DNA of 63,527 nt, the filler included, from Octopus bimaculoides (Eukaryota), in NCBI RefSeq assembly GCF_001194135.2. It is 5 parts of 5 records of this genome, joined end to end, with 100 filler letters (N's around TTAATTAATTAA, not from the genome) between each part and the next. Parts side by side here need not be neighbours in the genome. Positions count along the whole stretch, not along the records: positions 62,343 to 63,527 come from NC_068988.1; 4 more parts are not named here. One strand, 5' to 3'. Positions 62,243 to 63,527 of this stretch are shown here, piece by piece. The notes below the pieces were generated by a model. That model searched no databases. It was not told where the DNA came from and saw nothing but the letters and a program-made list of their open reading frames with translations. Position 1 is the first letter of the stretch. Each line of letters begins with the position of its first letter. The position numbers and the translations under genes were made by a program.

Positions 62243-62342
62243 NNNNNNNNNNNNNNNNNNNNNNNNNNNNNNNNNNNNNNNNNNNNTTAATTAATTAANN
62301 NNNNNNNNNNNNNNNNNNNNNNNNNNNNNNNNNNNNNNNNNN
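62243..62342. other. artificial scaffold linker
   Basis: N44-TTAATTAATTAA-N44. Confidence 0.95.
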
Positions 62343-62378
62343 ACATTTTTATATATGACGTTGACCACTAACGTGGAC

Positions 62379-62505
62379 ATTCAATGTGCTAGAAATAGAT
62401 CACATCTTGTGTCTAATAAGACCTAAATTGTTCTCAACATGAAATATTGAGAACAATTTAGGTCTTATTAGACACAAGATGTGATCTATTTCTAGCACAT
62501 TGAAT
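62379..62505. repeat. perfect 59-bp inverted repeat, 9-nt loop
   Basis: 62379-62437 is the exact reverse complement of 62447-62505. Confidence 0.97.
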
Positions 62506-62539
62506 ATATATATATATATACACATACATACATACATAC

Positions 62540-63280
62540 GTTTCAGTGAGTGTCATGCATATTGCTTGATTGCATGTAGCAAGCTCTTTTAGATAGAGAA
62601 TTTTACCTCCAATATTCAGTAGGAATATGGTTGCGATATCGGGGTAGGTGTTAGTGGTGGCCATTCTGGGCATGTCACCTGATGCGGTCTTGTGAATTAG
62701 AATGCAAGGCTTTGAGCTTGCATCCTGTACACCCATGTCAGCTGCTGTACTATCTTCTGAGCCATGTTCAACCAAGACTGTTGTTCCATAGCTGTAGTTC
62801 GTACAGCCTCTGCATATTGCCTTTTGAGGGGTGCAGAATGCATGAGGTGATCTCTTTTCCTACTCTTTCGAAACGTGTTTCTTCCAGTTAGTGCACTATT
62901 AGTCTGCAGATACATGATTGATGAATTCCTTCTATGTTTTTGCTGGTTTTGTTTCATGTTTCCCTGCTTGTTGTTCCGAAGTTTTGGGATGGGCAAGGCT
63001 GCTGCCGTCTCCTGTTTCTCAATGCCAGCAGGTGCCATTTAAGTCAAATTTACATACAGCCTGGGCTCTGCCAGTTTATATCCTTATGCGTCTTCGTTTT
63101 TCGCTTTGGCATTTTGGGGTTTTGGCTTTTTTCTTGTTCTTCCTCTAATCTTTGGACATCAGGGCATCAGGAAGGCATCTCCTCCAGTTGGCTATTGACA
63201 GATTTTCTGTGCATATCAGTATTTGCTAATGGAAATCATCTTTCCCATCTCCAGCCAGACGTGATACACAGGGACCCGAG
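62540..63280 (-). mobile_element. CR1-like LINE ORF1 end / ORF2 start, decayed
   Basis: FLLNIGG..KILYLKELA...ICMTLTET (APE N-terminal NI.G and LTET motifs), preceded by a Cys/His-rich VCKFDLNGTCWH segment. Confidence 0.55.
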
Positions 63281-63492
63281 TTTGTGGGTATAGACCCGTC
63301 ATCAGCATATGACAACCACCGGATGGTGATGGGAAGTGGTTTTCTCTTTTTGGAGATCAGTGACTTTTCGTCACTGGAAAAAAGTATATATTTGTTTGCA
63401 TTGAGAACCACTTCTCATCGCCAACCGCTGATGACGGGTCCTTACCCTTAAGCGTTAGCCACTTTTGGGTGGCAAATATACTTCACGATATA

Positions 63493-63527
<35 letters not shown>

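Overview
This is AT-rich eukaryotic repeat DNA with many microsatellites and assembly gaps. The SINE families and microsatellite load suggest a cephalopod, probably Octopus (inference from recalled repeats, not a search). Four identical artificial linkers (N44-TTAATTAATTAA-N44) split it into five joined pieces: 1-18380, 18481-39612, 39713-53939, 54040-62242 and 62343-63527. I recognise no intact host gene, tRNA, rRNA or CRISPR array, and most ORF-track entries are microsatellite or N-gap artefacts. Supportable content: (i) three tRNA-derived SINE families, about 25 copies; (ii) decayed DNA transposons, namely a near full-length Tc1 with TIRs, several mariner pieces, an internally deleted Chapaev3-like element, a piggyBac-type MITE and two Helitron Rep N-terminal fragments with 23-aa STPR-like repeats; (iii) LINE fragments resembling RTE, CR1, Tx1/L1 and R4/Dong; (iv) long near-perfect hairpins. 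The most interesting signal is invisible to the ORF track: several unrelated minimal type-I hammerhead-ribozyme motifs of the Penelope/retrozyme kind, most next to (TA)n tracts. One is fully canonical (44731-44766), one has an approximately 57-nt stem II (50613-50698), and one two-copy family carries a non-canonical CUGUUGA core (28064-28100, 5889-5926). All folds and translations were done by eye and need computational and experimental confirmation.
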